This document shows positions 36,267 through 45,436 of a stretch of DNA of 45,436 nt, one piece after another (position 1 is the first letter of the stretch; each line of letters opens with the position of its first letter). The stretch is from a virus. Its lineage: Duplodnaviria; Heunggongvirae; Uroviricota; Caudoviricetes. The stretch lies in the IMG/VR virus record IMGVR_UViG_2711768004_000013. One strand, given 5' to 3'. The notes under the pieces were generated by a model. That model was not told the origin of the DNA. It ran no database searches and worked only from the letters and a program-made list of their open reading frames with translations. Position numbers and translations under genes: made by a program.

Positions 36267-39200
36267 ATGGCAGTAAAGATTTCAGGTGTACTGAAAGACG
36301 GCACAGGAAAACCGGTACAGAACTGCACAATCCAGCTGAAAGCAAAACGTAACAGCACCACGGTGGTGGTGAACACGCTGGCCTCAGAAAATCCGGATGA
36401 AGCCGGGCGTTACAGCATGGACGTTGAGTACGGTCAGTACAGCGTTATTCTGTTGGTGGAAGGATTCCCGCCGTCACATGCCGGGACCATCACCGTGTAT
36501 GAAGATTCCCGACCCGGTACGCTGAATGATTTTCTCGGTGCCATGACGGAGGATGATGCCCGTCCTGAGGCACTGCGCCGCTTTGAACTGATGGTGGAAG
36601 AGGTGGCGCGTAACGCGTCCGCGGTGGCACAGAACACGGCAGCCGCGAAGAAATCAGCCAGCGATGCCAGCACATCAGCCCGTGAGGCGGCAACCCGTGC
36701 GACTGATGCTGCAGGCTCAGCACGAGCAGCCAGCACGTCAGCCGGACAGGCCGCTTCGTCGGCTCAGTCTGCGTCTTCCAGCGCAGGAACGGCATCAGCA
36801 AAGGCCACTGAAGCATCAAAAAGTGCTGCCGCTGCAGAGTCCTCAAAAAGCGCGGCGGCCACCAGTGCCGGTGCGGCGAAAACGTCAGAAACGAATGCGG
36901 CAGCGTCACAACAATCAGCTGCCACTTCTGCATCCACCGCGACCACGAAAGCGTCAGAAGCAGCCACCTCAGCCAGAGATGCGTCGGCTTCAAAAGAGGC
37001 GGCAAAATTATCAGAAACGAGCGCAGCTTCGAGCGCCAGTAATGCCGCTTCCTCGGCAACGGCGGCAGGAAATTCCGCGAAGGCGGCAAAGACGTCTGAG
37101 ACAAACGCTAAGTCCTCTGAAACGGCAGCAGCACAGAGTGCCTCCGCAGCAGCAGGCTCAAAAACAGCGGCTGCGTCGTCTGCCAGTGCAGCGTCAACAA
37201 GTGCCGGGCAGGCCTCAGCCAGTGCTAGCGCCGCCGGAAAATCGGCAGAAAGCGCCGCATCGTCCGCTTCAACAGCCACAACGAAGGCTGGCGAAGCCAC
37301 TGAACAGGCCAGTGCAGCAGCGAGGTCTGCTTCCGCAGCGAAGACATCGGAGACGAACGCGAAAGCGTCGGAGACCAGCGCAGAATCCTCAAAAACGGCT
37401 GCCGCATCGTCCGCCAGTTCGGCGGCGTCATCGGCATCATCGGCGTCTGCTTCAAAAGATGAGGCGACCAGACAAGCGTCCGCAGCGAAGGGCAGCGCCA
37501 CGACAGCATCCACGAAGGCGACAGAGGCTGCTGGCAGTGCGACGGCGGCAGCACAGAGCAAAAGTACGGCGGAATCCGCGGCAACGCGCGCCGAGACAGC
37601 GGCAAAACGTGCAGAGGATATTGCATCCGCCGTGGCGCTTGAGGATGCGAGCACGACGAAAAAGGGGATAGTACAGCTCAGTAGTGCGACTAATAGCACG
37701 TCTGAAACGCTGGCGGCAACGCCAAAGGCAGTAAAAGCAGCCAATGACAATGCTGAGAAACGTCTGCAGAAAGACCAGAACGGCGCTGATATACCCGATA
37801 AGGGACGCTTCCTGAACAACATTAACGCGGTCAGTAAAACAGACTTTGCTGATAAGCGTGGTATGCGTTATGTGCGGGTTAACGCTCCTGCAGGTGCAAC
37901 ATCTGGAAAATATTACCCTGTTGTTGTTATGCGTTCTGCTGGCTCAGTAAGCGAACTGGCATCAAGGGTCATTATCACCACGGCAACGCGAATCGCAGGC
38001 GATCCGATGAATAACTGCGAGTTTAACGGATTTGTTATGCCTGGTGGCTGGACTGACAGGGGGCGTTATGCTTATGGAATGTTCTGGCAATATCAAAACA
38101 ATGAACGAGCCATCCACTCAATAATGATGAGTAATAAGGGCGATGATTTGCGCTCTGTGTTCTATGTTGATGGCGCTGCTTTCCCTGTTTTTGCGTTTCT
38201 CGAAGATGGCCTGTCAATATCCGCACCTGGTGCTGATCTCGTTGTTAATGATACGACCTATAAGTTTGGGGCAACAAATCCGGCGACTGAATGTATCGCG
38301 GCGGACGTTATCCTTGATTTTAAGAGTGGGCGTGGTTTTTATGAGTCTCATTCGTTAATCGTTAACGATAACTTGTCGTGCAAAAAACTTTTTGCCACAG
38401 ACGAAATTGTAGCGCGTGGTGGTAATCAGATTCGAATGATAGGTGGGGAGTATGGTGCATTATGGCGTAATGATGGCGCTAAAACTTACCTGCTGCTTAC
38501 CAATCAAGGTGATGTTTATGGTGGCTGGAATACATTAAGACCGTTTGTTATTGATAACGCAACCGGCGAACTGGTTATTGGAACCAAACTGTCTGCAAGT
38601 CTGAACGGTAACGCATTGACAGCAACAAAGCTGCAAACGCCAAGACTGGTTTCTGGTGTTGAGTTTGATGGTTCCAAAGATATTACTTTAACCGCCGCGC
38701 ATGTGGCTGCTTTTGCCAGAAGGGCAACGGATACATATGCCGATGCGGATGGTGGCGTTCCATGGAATGCCGAATCAGGCGCTTACAATGTCACCCGCTC
38801 TGGCAACAGCTATATTCTGGTTAACTTCTATACCGGAGTCGGAAGTTGCCGGACCTTGCAGATGAAGGCGCATTACAGAAATGGTGGTCTGTTCTACCGT
38901 TCTTCAAGAGACGGTTATGGTTTTGAGGAAGACTGGGCAGAAGTTTATACCTCGAAAAATCTTCCACCAGAAAGCTACCCAGTCGGTGCACCAATCCCGT
39001 GGCCATCAGATACCGTTCCGTCTGGTTATGCCCTGATGCAGGGACAGACTTTTGACAAATCTGCTTACCCGAAACTTGCAGCCGTTTATCCGTCAGGTGT
39101 GATCCCTGATATGCGTGGCTGGACGATTAAGGGCAAACCTGCCAGTGGTCGGGCCGTATTGTCTCAGGAACAGGACGGCATTAAATCGCATACCCACAGC

Positions 39201-39665
39201 GCCAGCGCATCCAGTACGGATTTGGGGACGAAAACCACATCGTCGTTTGATTACGGCACTAAATCCACGAATAACACTGGTGCGCATACCCATAGTTTAA
39301 GTGGCAGCACGAATGCAGCTGGTAATCACAGCCATAGAGATGGCCGTCGATTTAACCCCAGTGTTTTTAAAGATACTTATCAATATGGTTATACAAGCTC
39401 AGGTCAAAATACCTGGGGTGTACAAGGCTCAGTAGGTATGTCTACGGGGTGGTTAGCGAATACCAGTATAGATGGTAATCATAGCCATTCACTGTCCGGC
39501 ACAGCAGCATCTGCAGGTGCACACGCGCATACTGTCGGTATTGGTGCTCATACGCACTCCGTTGCGATTGGTTCACATGGACATACCATCACCGTTAACG
39601 CTGCGGGTAACGCGGAAAACACCGTCAAAAACATCGCATTTAACTATATTGTGAGGCTTGCATAA
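36267..39665 (+). CDS. stf: side tail fiber protein (Stf-like)
   Basis: N-terminus [26 protein letters not shown] matches lambda Stf; long Ala/Ser/Thr-rich repeat region; C-terminal His-rich HxH repeats. Confidence 0.85.
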   Translation: MAVKISGVLKDGTGKPVQNCTIQLKAKRNSTTVVVNTLASENPDEAGRYSMDVEYGQYSVILLVEGFPPSHAGTITVYEDSRPGTLNDFLGAMTEDDARPEALRRFELMVEEVARNASAVAQNTAAAKKSASDASTSAREAATRATDAAGSARAASTSAGQAASSAQSASSSAGTASAKATEASKSAAAAESSKSAAATSAGAAKTSETNAAASQQSAATSASTATTKASEAATSARDASASKEAAKLSETSAASSASNAASSATAAGNSAKAAKTSETNAKSSETAAAQSASAAAGSKTAAASSASAASTSAGQASASASAAGKSAESAASSASTATTKAGEATEQASAAARSASAAKTSETNAKASETSAESSKTAAASSASSAASSASSASASKDEATRQASAAKGSATTASTKATEAAGSATAAAQSKSTAESAATRAETAAKRAEDIASAVALEDASTTKKGIVQLSSATNSTSETLAATPKAVKAANDNAEKRLQKDQNGADIPDKGRFLNNINAVSKTDFADKRGMRYVRVNAPAGATSGKYYPVVVMRSAGSVSELASRVIITTATRIAGDPMNNCEFNGFVMPGGWTDRGRYAYGMFWQYQNNERAIHSIMMSNKGDDLRSVFYVDGAAFPVFAFLEDGLSISAPGADLVVNDTTYKFGATNPATECIAADVILDFKSGRGFYESHSLIVNDNLSCKKLFATDEIVARGGNQIRMIGGEYGALWRNDGAKTYLLLTNQGDVYGGWNTLRPFVIDNATGELVIGTKLSASLNGNALTATKLQTPRLVSGVEFDGSKDITLTAAHVAAFARRATDTYADADGGVPWNAESGAYNVTRSGNSYILVNFYTGVGSCRTLQMKAHYRNGGLFYRSSRDGYGFEEDWAEVYTSKNLPPESYPVGAPIPWPSDTVPSGYALMQGQTFDKSAYPKLAAVYPSGVIPDMRGWTIKGKPASGRAVLSQEQDGIKSHTHSASASSTDLGTKTTSSFDYGTKSTNNTGAHTHSLSGSTNAAGNHSHRDGRRFNPSVFKDTYQYGYTSSGQNTWGVQGSVGMSTGWLANTSIDGNHSHSLSGTAASAGAHAHTVGIGAHTHSVAIGSHGHTITVNAAGNAENTVKNIAFNYIVRLA

Positions 39666-40249
39666 TGGCATTCAGAATGAGTGAACAACCACGGACCATA
39701 AAAATTTATAATCTGCTGACCGGAACTAATGAATTTATTGGTGAAGGTGACGCATATATTCCGCCTCATACAGGTCTGCCAGCAAACAGTACCTATATTG
39801 CACCGCCAGATATTCCGGCTGGCTTTGTGGCTGTTTTCAACAGTGATGAGGCATCGTGGCATCTCGTTGAAGACCATCGGGGTAAAACGGTTTATGACGT
39901 AGCGTCAGGGGACGCGTTATTTATTTCTGAACTCGGTCCGTTACCGGAAAATGTTACCTGGTTATCCCCGGAAGGGGAGTTTCAGAAGTGGAACGGCACA
40001 GCCTGGGTGAAGGATACGGAAGCAGAAAAACTGTTCCGGATCCGGGAGGCGGAAGAAACAAAAAACAGCCTGATGCAGGTAGCCAGTGAGCATATAGCGC
40101 CGCTTCAGGATGCTGTGGATCTGGAGATCGCAACGGAGGAAGAAAACTCGTTGCTGGAAGCCTGGAAGAAGTATCGGGTGTTGCTGAACCGTGTTGATAC
40201 ATCAACTGCACCTGATATTGAGTGGCCTGCGGTCCCTGTTATGGAGTAA
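39665..40249 (+). CDS. tfa: tail fiber assembly protein (Tfa-like)
   Basis: 194 aa immediately after stf with TAATG overlap; same length as lambda Tfa. Confidence 0.8.
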   Translation: MAFRMSEQPRTIKIYNLLTGTNEFIGEGDAYIPPHTGLPANSTYIAPPDIPAGFVAVFNSDEASWHLVEDHRGKTVYDVASGDALFISELGPLPENVTWLSPEGEFQKWNGTAWVKDTEAEKLFRIREAEETKNSLMQVASEHIAPLQDAVDLEIATEEENSLLEAWKKYRVLLNRVDTSTAPDIEWPAVPVME

Positions 40250-40320
40250 TCGTTTTGTGATATGCCGCAGCAACTTGTCATGGCAGGATACTGCGGCTGA
40301 TTTGTGAATTTAAATAGTGT

Positions 40321-40390
40321 NNNNNNNNNNNNNNNNNNNNNNNNNNNNNNNNNNNNNNNNNNNNNNNNNNNNNNNNNNNNNNNNNNNNNN
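40321..40390. other. assembly gap (N-run)
   Basis: 70 consecutive N. Confidence 0.95.
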
Positions 40391-40405
40391 TAATGGATTA
40401 CATAT

Positions 40406-41776
40406 CTATGATATCCCTGAAATGTCCTCTTCAAGCTCTTTTACTGATTTCGCAATTTTAAATTTAAATTTTCTCTCTATTTCACTATTGCTAAGTTTTT
40501 TTTCATTCTCTTTCCCTATCCACATAGAAACAATTTCTCGTTTCTGAGATATATGTAGATTGTCAAAGTTAGGTATGTATTTAAAAGTCTCCGCTCTACC
40601 CCTGCGGAGTTCATAGAAAGTTTTAATCAAAGACTTTGGTTTTATTTCTGATGAAAGGCCGAATCGGCGGATAAGATTATTGATCGTATGATTAACAGCT
40701 CGAAGTTGAGCTGTTGACGTTATTTGTGAGAAGTACGATACCCATCCCAATCGTTTACCTTCAAACACACATCCCGTAATTCTAAGATTTAGTTTCCACT
40801 GACAATATGCAACAGCTCGTTCTTTATCGCGCTTATTTTTAGCTTGTAGTAGAGCGTGTCTATATGCAGTAAAAATTTTTGCTAAGGATGACTCAAATCT
40901 AAGAATGCTCTCATGTTTTATCAATAATTCTCGATTTTTTATGTGGTAGCCCAAAAAGTTGAAACTTTCATCCAAGCTGCCTACTTTGGATTTTGAGTTC
41001 TCTTCATTTAATGGATGTGGGTTTAAATTTAATGATTGAAGCTTATCAATGATATGAGAAGCTATTTTTGTTGCTTGATATTTTGGTGTTAAAATAAGAA
41101 TGTCATCAACGTATCGCATGTACCATATGTCATGCATTTTATTGATTTCATCATCGAAATTAGATAGTGATATTTCAGCTAAAATGTTTGATATCGCTAA
41201 TCCCTGAGGTACTCCTCTGGTATTATTAGGGATACCTTTGCTTCCTGTGGTTCCACTTACAGTAGGCACGATTAATGATGATGTTATTAACTGTCTAATT
41301 TCTTTTTTTCTAATTTTATTTTTTATTGCATTAATTATCAATTTATGTTCAATTGAAGGATAGAAACTTTTAAGATCTATTTTTGCATATTCAGCATATA
41401 GACTGTTGTTTAATGCTTCTTTCAATGAGTCAATTACTGTATGTGGTAGTTTTAATCTGGACTTAGGATATATTTCCGTAAGGCATTCACAGAGAGCTCT
41501 AAGAGTAATTCTGTCCCTAGCAGTTGGTATGGAAATCTGTCTGGGTGTAGAGTTAGCGCCTTTAGATATTAATTTTTCTTTATATGCTGTAAATTTGTAA
41601 TTGCCAGAATTAACCTTTTCAAAAATGAAAGTGATCTCATTTTTTATTGTCAAATCAAGTTTTGATGGGCGAATCCGATCTATGCCAATCGCTCCTGATT
41701 CTTTGATTTTTTCAGAGTATACTTTTAGAAGATTTTTTTTCGAGAATGACTTTTTAAAAATTCTGCTTGCAGTCAT
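40406..41776 (-). CDS. reverse transcriptase (retron / group-II-like catalytic motifs; probable defence-associated RT)
   Basis: 456 aa from the ATG at 41776 (ORF track extends to a TTG at 41782); motifs in order: GIDRIRP, RQISIPTARDR, IDLKSFYPSI (motif A), GVPQGLAISNILAEI (motif B), YMRYVDDILIL (motif C, YVDD), FNFLGYHI (motif E), RITG in the thumb; AT-rich; overlaps the upstream membrane-protein gene by 23 nt. Confidence 0.8.
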   Translation of the reverse strand: MTASRIFKKSFSKKNLLKVYSEKIKESGAIGIDRIRPSKLDLTIKNEITFIFEKVNSGNYKFTAYKEKLISKGANSTPRQISIPTARDRITLRALCECLTEIYPKSRLKLPHTVIDSLKEALNNSLYAEYAKIDLKSFYPSIEHKLIINAIKNKIRKKEIRQLITSSLIVPTVSGTTGSKGIPNNTRGVPQGLAISNILAEISLSNFDDEINKMHDIWYMRYVDDILILTPKYQATKIASHIIDKLQSLNLNPHPLNEENSKSKVGSLDESFNFLGYHIKNRELLIKHESILRFESSLAKIFTAYRHALLQAKNKRDKERAVAYCQWKLNLRITGCVFEGKRLGWVSYFSQITSTAQLRAVNHTINNLIRRFGLSSEIKPKSLIKTFYELRRGRAETFKYIPNFDNLHISQKREIVSMWIGKENEKKLSNSEIERKFKFKIAKSVKELEEDISGIS

Positions 41777-42305
41777 AGTCAATCCAAAGATATATTAATG
41801 GGAGTATATAAAGTGCGGCAGTAATAAATATTCGAAGTAATATCCATAAAATAACAATTATTTTTTCTTTTTGTGTGGGGATCCTCGTCTTAAGTCCAAC
41901 TTGAGTTACCCTTGAAATTTTATCATCTATGTCACGGTGATTCTCAACCTCATTGAGCAAATTAAAATATTTTTCTTTCTGTTCAAGAGATAACTGTTGA
42001 CTGGTGGTAATGTCAAAATAGAGTCGCTGTAGTGCAATATAATTCCTTCTCATGGCTATTGCTCGACCACGAAAATCTAGGTTAGATACGATCAGAGAAA
42101 TACCCAGTAGAGCCACTGAAAGTATCGCCGCAACGACATCTGTATTATCTCCTAGAACCTTTGGAAATCGCAACGTTACAATTGAAAGTACCGCACTCAA
42201 TATAGCATACCAAACGAGGATAAATTGAGAGTGTTTTTCAAGCCATTCTAGTCGATGGTGCGCTTGGATACGTGCTTTATATGTAAACCAAATATTGTCA
42301 TGCAT
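41754..42305 (-). CDS. small multi-TM membrane protein (2TM / SLATT-like), putative effector of the RT system
   Basis: 183 aa; two adjacent hydrophobic helices near the N-terminus, a predicted helical soluble stretch, and a C-terminal hydrophobic helix; AAGGA 6 nt before the ATG at 42305. Confidence 0.6.
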   Translation of the reverse strand: MHDNIWFTYKARIQAHHRLEWLEKHSQFILVWYAILSAVLSIVTLRFPKVLGDNTDVVAAILSVALLGISLIVSNLDFRGRAIAMRRNYIALQRLYFDITTSQQLSLEQKEKYFNLLNEVENHRDIDDKISRVTQVGLKTRIPTQKEKIIVILWILLRIFITAALYILPLIYLWIDYDCKQNF

Positions 42306-42470
42306 AAAAGATCCTTTTTAAAAGCGGAAGGGGCAGGATATATTGGAACCGTTGAACATCCTGCCCGGCAGGATCAGTGAGCATAAGCTCAACAGTAAAA
42401 TATTACTGTTCATTATCAGAGCCGCCCTTGCATGCGCAAGAGGAAAAACCTGCCCCATCCCTTTGAATTA
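42306..42470 (-). ncRNA. candidate structured non-coding RNA / 5-prime leader of the RT operon (retron msr-msd-like or DRT-ncRNA-like)
   Basis: ORF-free interval with a possible promoter (TTGACT, 17 nt, TGTAATAAT on the minus strand), distal inverted repeats GGGGCAGG / CCTGCCCC, and several internal hairpins. Confidence 0.3.
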
Positions 42471-42527
42471 TTACAATTTAATGATCTTAAAGTCAATACA
42501 AGTGAATGGTGTCCAGAGATGATGAAC

Positions 42528-42776
42528 TTAATGAACAAACCACTCGTCAGCAGACTCCCAGGTATCTTTCAGAGTCTCCTGAACAAAAGTTTTAGCTGAA
42601 TCTTTATCAGCGGTGCGCGTAACAGAAAGGCCATCGTTGCTGGTGGCTTTTACGATCACTTCTACATCGTCATAACGTTTACTGATGCGTCGGGTTAATT
42701 CTTCCTTTAACGCATCCACAGCACCGGTTGGCATTTTAGTCATTTTTTCTTTGGCTATGCAGATTTCAATACGCAT
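42528..42776 (-). CDS. DinI-like DNA-damage-inducible protein
   Basis: 82 aa; [11 protein letters not shown]... and ...[16 protein letters not shown] parallel E. coli DinI; GGGGA Shine-Dalgarno; two LexA boxes in its promoter region. Confidence 0.8.
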   Translation of the reverse strand: MRIEICIAKEKMTKMPTGAVDALKEELTRRISKRYDDVEVIVKATSNDGLSVTRTADKDSAKTFVQETLKDTWESADEWFVH

Positions 42777-42790
42777 AAAAGTCCCCTACA

Positions 42791-42834
42791 CTGTATTTGT
42801 ATACAGTATTATTTTTAACTGTATGGATAAACAG
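42791..42834. promoter_or_regulatory. two tandem LexA (SOS) boxes upstream of the dinI-like gene
   Basis: CTGTATTTGTATACAG (42791-42806) and CTGTATGGATAAACAG (42819-42834), both CTGT-N8-ACAG. Confidence 0.55.
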
Positions 42835-42836
42835 TG

Positions 42837-43934
42837 TCAAGAGGTCTTATTTCTGCTCCTTTGGAGTTCTTCAAAACGATTATGTAAAGATTTCGGATAC
42901 AGTTCGGTATATACCTGCCATAGCACGTTTAATGAACGATGCCCTGTAACCTGAGCGACTTCCTCAATACTAAAACCAGCCTCAAATAAGCGACTTGCCC
43001 CTTCTCTACGCAAATCATGGTATCTCAGATCTTTAATACCTAATTTGCTTCTTACCCTCTGAAATCCTGCGGTAACAGAAGTGCTGTTATATGGAAAAAT
43101 GAATTCTGATTTTTTGGGTTGTCGCTGGACGATATCCCAGGCTTCCCCAAGCAAGGCAACTTTCATATGGTTGCCTTCCTTTTTACGTGGATCTTTCCTG
43201 TCTCTTACTAGTATAGATTTTTGTTCCTGGTCGAGATCTTCCCATCGTAACCGGCATACTTCTCCGATTCGCATACAGGACCACACAGAAAATTTGAGGA
43301 TATCAACGAACGGAATTTTTGAGCATTTATGAGTAGATCGTTGTTGAAGGCCTTCAATGAGCATGTTCAGTTCATCAGATGCTGGTCTACGATTACGACG
43401 GTTTGATTTACCAATCAAACCGAGTTTAAGTAGATATGGACGAGCGCTTTTCGCCGGGTTTGATGTGTAATTGATTCCGTATACAGGTTTTGCCGCATCC
43501 AGAACACTGCCAAGATAACTAACATCGTGGCTGACTGTTGCTGGGCCTGCACCAGCGTTGTTTCTTAGCCTGCAATGTTCAATTACGTCATTTTCTGTCA
43601 GTTCAGATAGTTTGATCGCGGAGATGTCACTATCCATAAGCAGTTCCAGCACATATCTTTTAGTACGGCCTGCTTTACCTCCGGCATTTGGGTCATTTAA
43701 ATATTTGTGTAGTAAGTCACGGACTGTAAGTCCGTCAACAGCATTTGATGATGGAATGCCATATAGATCTAATTCCATCACTTTCTGTGCGCCCCATGTT
43801 TTGGCATGAGCATGTTTAGGGAATGTTTTGCTTTCCCTGTAAGTGATAACACCTTTTTCTTTGATAATCACATTACAGCGATAGCGTGGTGTGCCATCGG
43901 ATTTTAGTCGTTTCTCTATGTTATAGTACGCCAT
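42837..43934 (-). CDS. int: tyrosine integrase (dusA-associated type)
   Basis: 365 aa; C-terminal catalytic residues in HDLRREGASRLF, VTGHRS and LWQVYTE; immediately adjacent to dusA. Confidence 0.9.
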   Translation of the reverse strand: MAYYNIEKRLKSDGTPRYRCNVIIKEKGVITYRESKTFPKHAHAKTWGAQKVMELDLYGIPSSNAVDGLTVRDLLHKYLNDPNAGGKAGRTKRYVLELLMDSDISAIKLSELTENDVIEHCRLRNNAGAGPATVSHDVSYLGSVLDAAKPVYGINYTSNPAKSARPYLLKLGLIGKSNRRNRRPASDELNMLIEGLQQRSTHKCSKIPFVDILKFSVWSCMRIGEVCRLRWEDLDQEQKSILVRDRKDPRKKEGNHMKVALLGEAWDIVQRQPKKSEFIFPYNSTSVTAGFQRVRSKLGIKDLRYHDLRREGASRLFEAGFSIEEVAQVTGHRSLNVLWQVYTELYPKSLHNRFEELQRSRNKTS

Positions 43935-43953
43935 TACACGACCTCGTTATTTC

Positions 43954-43989
43954 GGGTTCCCATAAAGCGTGGGAACCTGTGCGGGAACC
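43954..43989. repeat. GGGAACC direct repeats with one inverted copy in the int-dusA intergenic region (possible recombinase or regulator binding sites)
   Basis: GGGTTCCC at 43954-43961, then GTGGGAACCT and GCGGGAACCT at 43969-43990. Confidence 0.3.
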
Positions 43990-44022
43990 TAACGCGAGAA
44001 AAATAGCCTGAAATGTTCAAAA

Positions 44023-45060
44023 ATGCACGATAATCCTGAAACACAGAAAACTAATCAAACCAGCGTGATGCCTGAAAAAACTGGCGCTTACTGGAGTTCT
44101 CGGTTTAGCATTGCTCCTATGCTCGACTGGACGGACAGACATTGCCGCTATTTCTTGCGTCTGCTTTCCCGCAATACGTTGCTGTATACCGAAATGGTGA
44201 CCACAGGGGCGATTATTCACGGTAAAGGTGATTACCTGGCGTACAGTGAAGAAGAACATCCGGTAGCGTTGCAACTCGGCGGTAGCGATCCGGCGGCGCT
44301 GGCACAGTGTGCGAAGCTGGCAGAAGCGCGTGGATATGATGAGATCAACCTGAATGTCGGCTGCCCGTCTGACCGGGTGCAGAACGGCATGTTTGGTGCG
44401 TGTCTGATGGGTAATGCGCAGCTGGTTGCCGACTGCGTGAAAGCGATGCGCGATGTGGTGTCGATTCCAGTGACGGTGAAAACGCGTATTGGCATCGATG
44501 ACCAGGACAGCTATGAATTTCTCTGCGATTTCATCAACACCGTTTCCGGCAAAGGCGAGTGTGAGATGTTTATCATCCACGCACGTAAAGCCTGGCTTTC
44601 GGGGTTAAGCCCGAAAGAAAACCGTGAAATCCCGCCACTCGATTATCCGCGTGTGTATCAACTGAAGCGTGACTTTCCGCATCTGACAATGTCGATTAAC
44701 GGTGGTATCAAGTCGCTGGAAGAGGCCAAAGCACACCTGCAACATATGGATGGCGTGATGGTCGGGCGCGAGGCGTATCAGAATCCGGGTATTCTGGCGG
44801 CGGTAGACCGGGAGATCTTTGGTTCCTCGGATACCGATGCCGATCCGGTGGCGGTAGTGCGCGCCATGTATCCGTACATTGAGCGTGAACTCAGCCAGGG
44901 GACGTATCTCGGCCATATTACCCGGCATATGTTGGGCTTGTTCCAGGGTATTCCTGGCGCGCGGCAGTGGCGGCGTTATTTAAGTGAAAATGCCCATAAA
45001 GCGGGTGCAGACATTAATGTGCTGGAACACGCGCTCAAACTGGTGGCGGATAAGCGTTAA
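44023..45060 (+). CDS. dusA: tRNA-dihydrouridine synthase A
   Basis: 345 aa with the conserved ...[16 protein letters not shown]... region and active-site context NLNVGCP; recognisably E. coli DusA. Confidence 0.9.
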   Translation: MHDNPETQKTNQTSVMPEKTGAYWSSRFSIAPMLDWTDRHCRYFLRLLSRNTLLYTEMVTTGAIIHGKGDYLAYSEEEHPVALQLGGSDPAALAQCAKLAEARGYDEINLNVGCPSDRVQNGMFGACLMGNAQLVADCVKAMRDVVSIPVTVKTRIGIDDQDSYEFLCDFINTVSGKGECEMFIIHARKAWLSGLSPKENREIPPLDYPRVYQLKRDFPHLTMSINGGIKSLEEAKAHLQHMDGVMVGREAYQNPGILAAVDREIFGSSDTDADPVAVVRAMYPYIERELSQGTYLGHITRHMLGLFQGIPGARQWRRYLSENAHKAGADINVLEHALKLVADKR

Positions 45061-45142
45061 CTTTTCACCAAAAAGTAGTCAAATTCACCACGCCCTGCGC
45101 ACCGTCGCGGGGCGTTTTGCTGTTAAATCAATAGATTATTTT

Positions 45143-45158
45143 TGGCATGATTCTTGTA
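45143..45158 (+). promoter_or_regulatory. putative sigma-54 promoter of pspG
   Basis: TGGCATG-ATTC-TTGTA fits the -24/-12 pattern TGGCACG-N4-TTGCA at 10 of 12 positions. Confidence 0.4.
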
Positions 45159-45193
45159 ATGCCAGCAAGAGATTTCATATTTGGGAGAGCATC

Positions 45194-45436
45194 ATGCTGG
45201 AACTACTTTTTGTGATTGGCTTTTTTGTCATGCTGATGGTCACCGGCGTTTCGTTGCTGGGCATTATCGCCGCGCTGGTTGTGGCGACGGCCATTATGTT
45301 CCTCGGCGGTATGCTGGCATTGATGATTAAGTTGCTGCCGTGGTTACTACTGGCGATTGCGGTGGTGTGGGTTATTAAGGCGATTAAAGCACCAAAAGTG
45401 CCGAAATATCAGCGTTATGACCGCTGGCGTTACTAA
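45194..45436 (+). CDS. pspG: phage shock protein G
   Basis: 80-aa very hydrophobic protein; sequence and position downstream of dusA match E. coli PspG. Confidence 0.85.
   Translation: MLELLFVIGFFVMLMVTGVSLLGIIAALVVATAIMFLGGMLALMIKLLPWLLLAIAVVWVIKAIKAPKVPKYQRYDRWRY

Noticed and set aside
36490-37822. Long alternative-frame and antisense ORFs inside the side tail fiber gene (36764-37822 minus, 36490-37104 minus, 36664-37671 plus, 37225-37626 minus)
   Set aside because: They arise from the low-complexity Ala/Ser-rich repeat region of stf; their translations are Arg/Pro/Gln-rich or poly-Ala strings without starts in context, whereas the plus-strand stf frame has a recognisable N-terminus.
1-45436. 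CRISPR arrays, tRNA or rRNA genes
   Set aside because: No regularly spaced direct repeats with unique spacers and no tRNA-like sequence noticed; the integrase is next to a protein-coding gene rather than a tRNA.

Overview
This window is almost entirely one lambdoid prophage (mosaic of lambda-like tail genes and phage-21-like lysis and packaging genes), integrated at the 5-prime end of host dusA, with host pspG at the right edge. Order, left to right: a plus-strand two-gene module led by a Panacea-like protein (1-989); a minus-strand early-left operon (PrtN-like regulator, an AT-rich membrane-protein moron, conserved early proteins); a CI-like repressor with S24 peptidase motif (4478-5152) and divergent Cro-like gene flanked by palindromic operators; an early-right operon (replication initiator, two orphan DNA methyltransferases, a LexA-DNA-binding-domain-only protein, RusA, KilA-N protein, DUF968 protein, Q antiterminator); late promoter and tR-prime; two morons (lipoprotein, methyltransferase); pinholin / SAR-endolysin / Rz-Rz1 lysis cassette; putative cos; terminase, portal, protease-capsid fusion; lambda-like tail genes Z through J, lom, stf, tfa; then an AT-rich accessory island (40406-42527) encoding a reverse transcriptase, a small multi-TM membrane protein and a structured upstream non-coding region; finally a DinI-like gene with tandem LexA boxes and a tyrosine integrase abutting dusA. 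The most interesting candidate is the RT-membrane protein-ncRNA locus, which looks like a retron-type or UG/Abi/DRT-type anti-phage system that I cannot classify without searches. Secondary candidates are the Panacea-led putative toxin-antitoxin pair and the AT-rich membrane-protein moron. Three N-runs (14915-15323, 33027-33383, 40321-40390) are assembly gaps; the holin and J genes are interrupted by them. All functional calls rest on my reading of the supplied translations and motifs, not on database searches.
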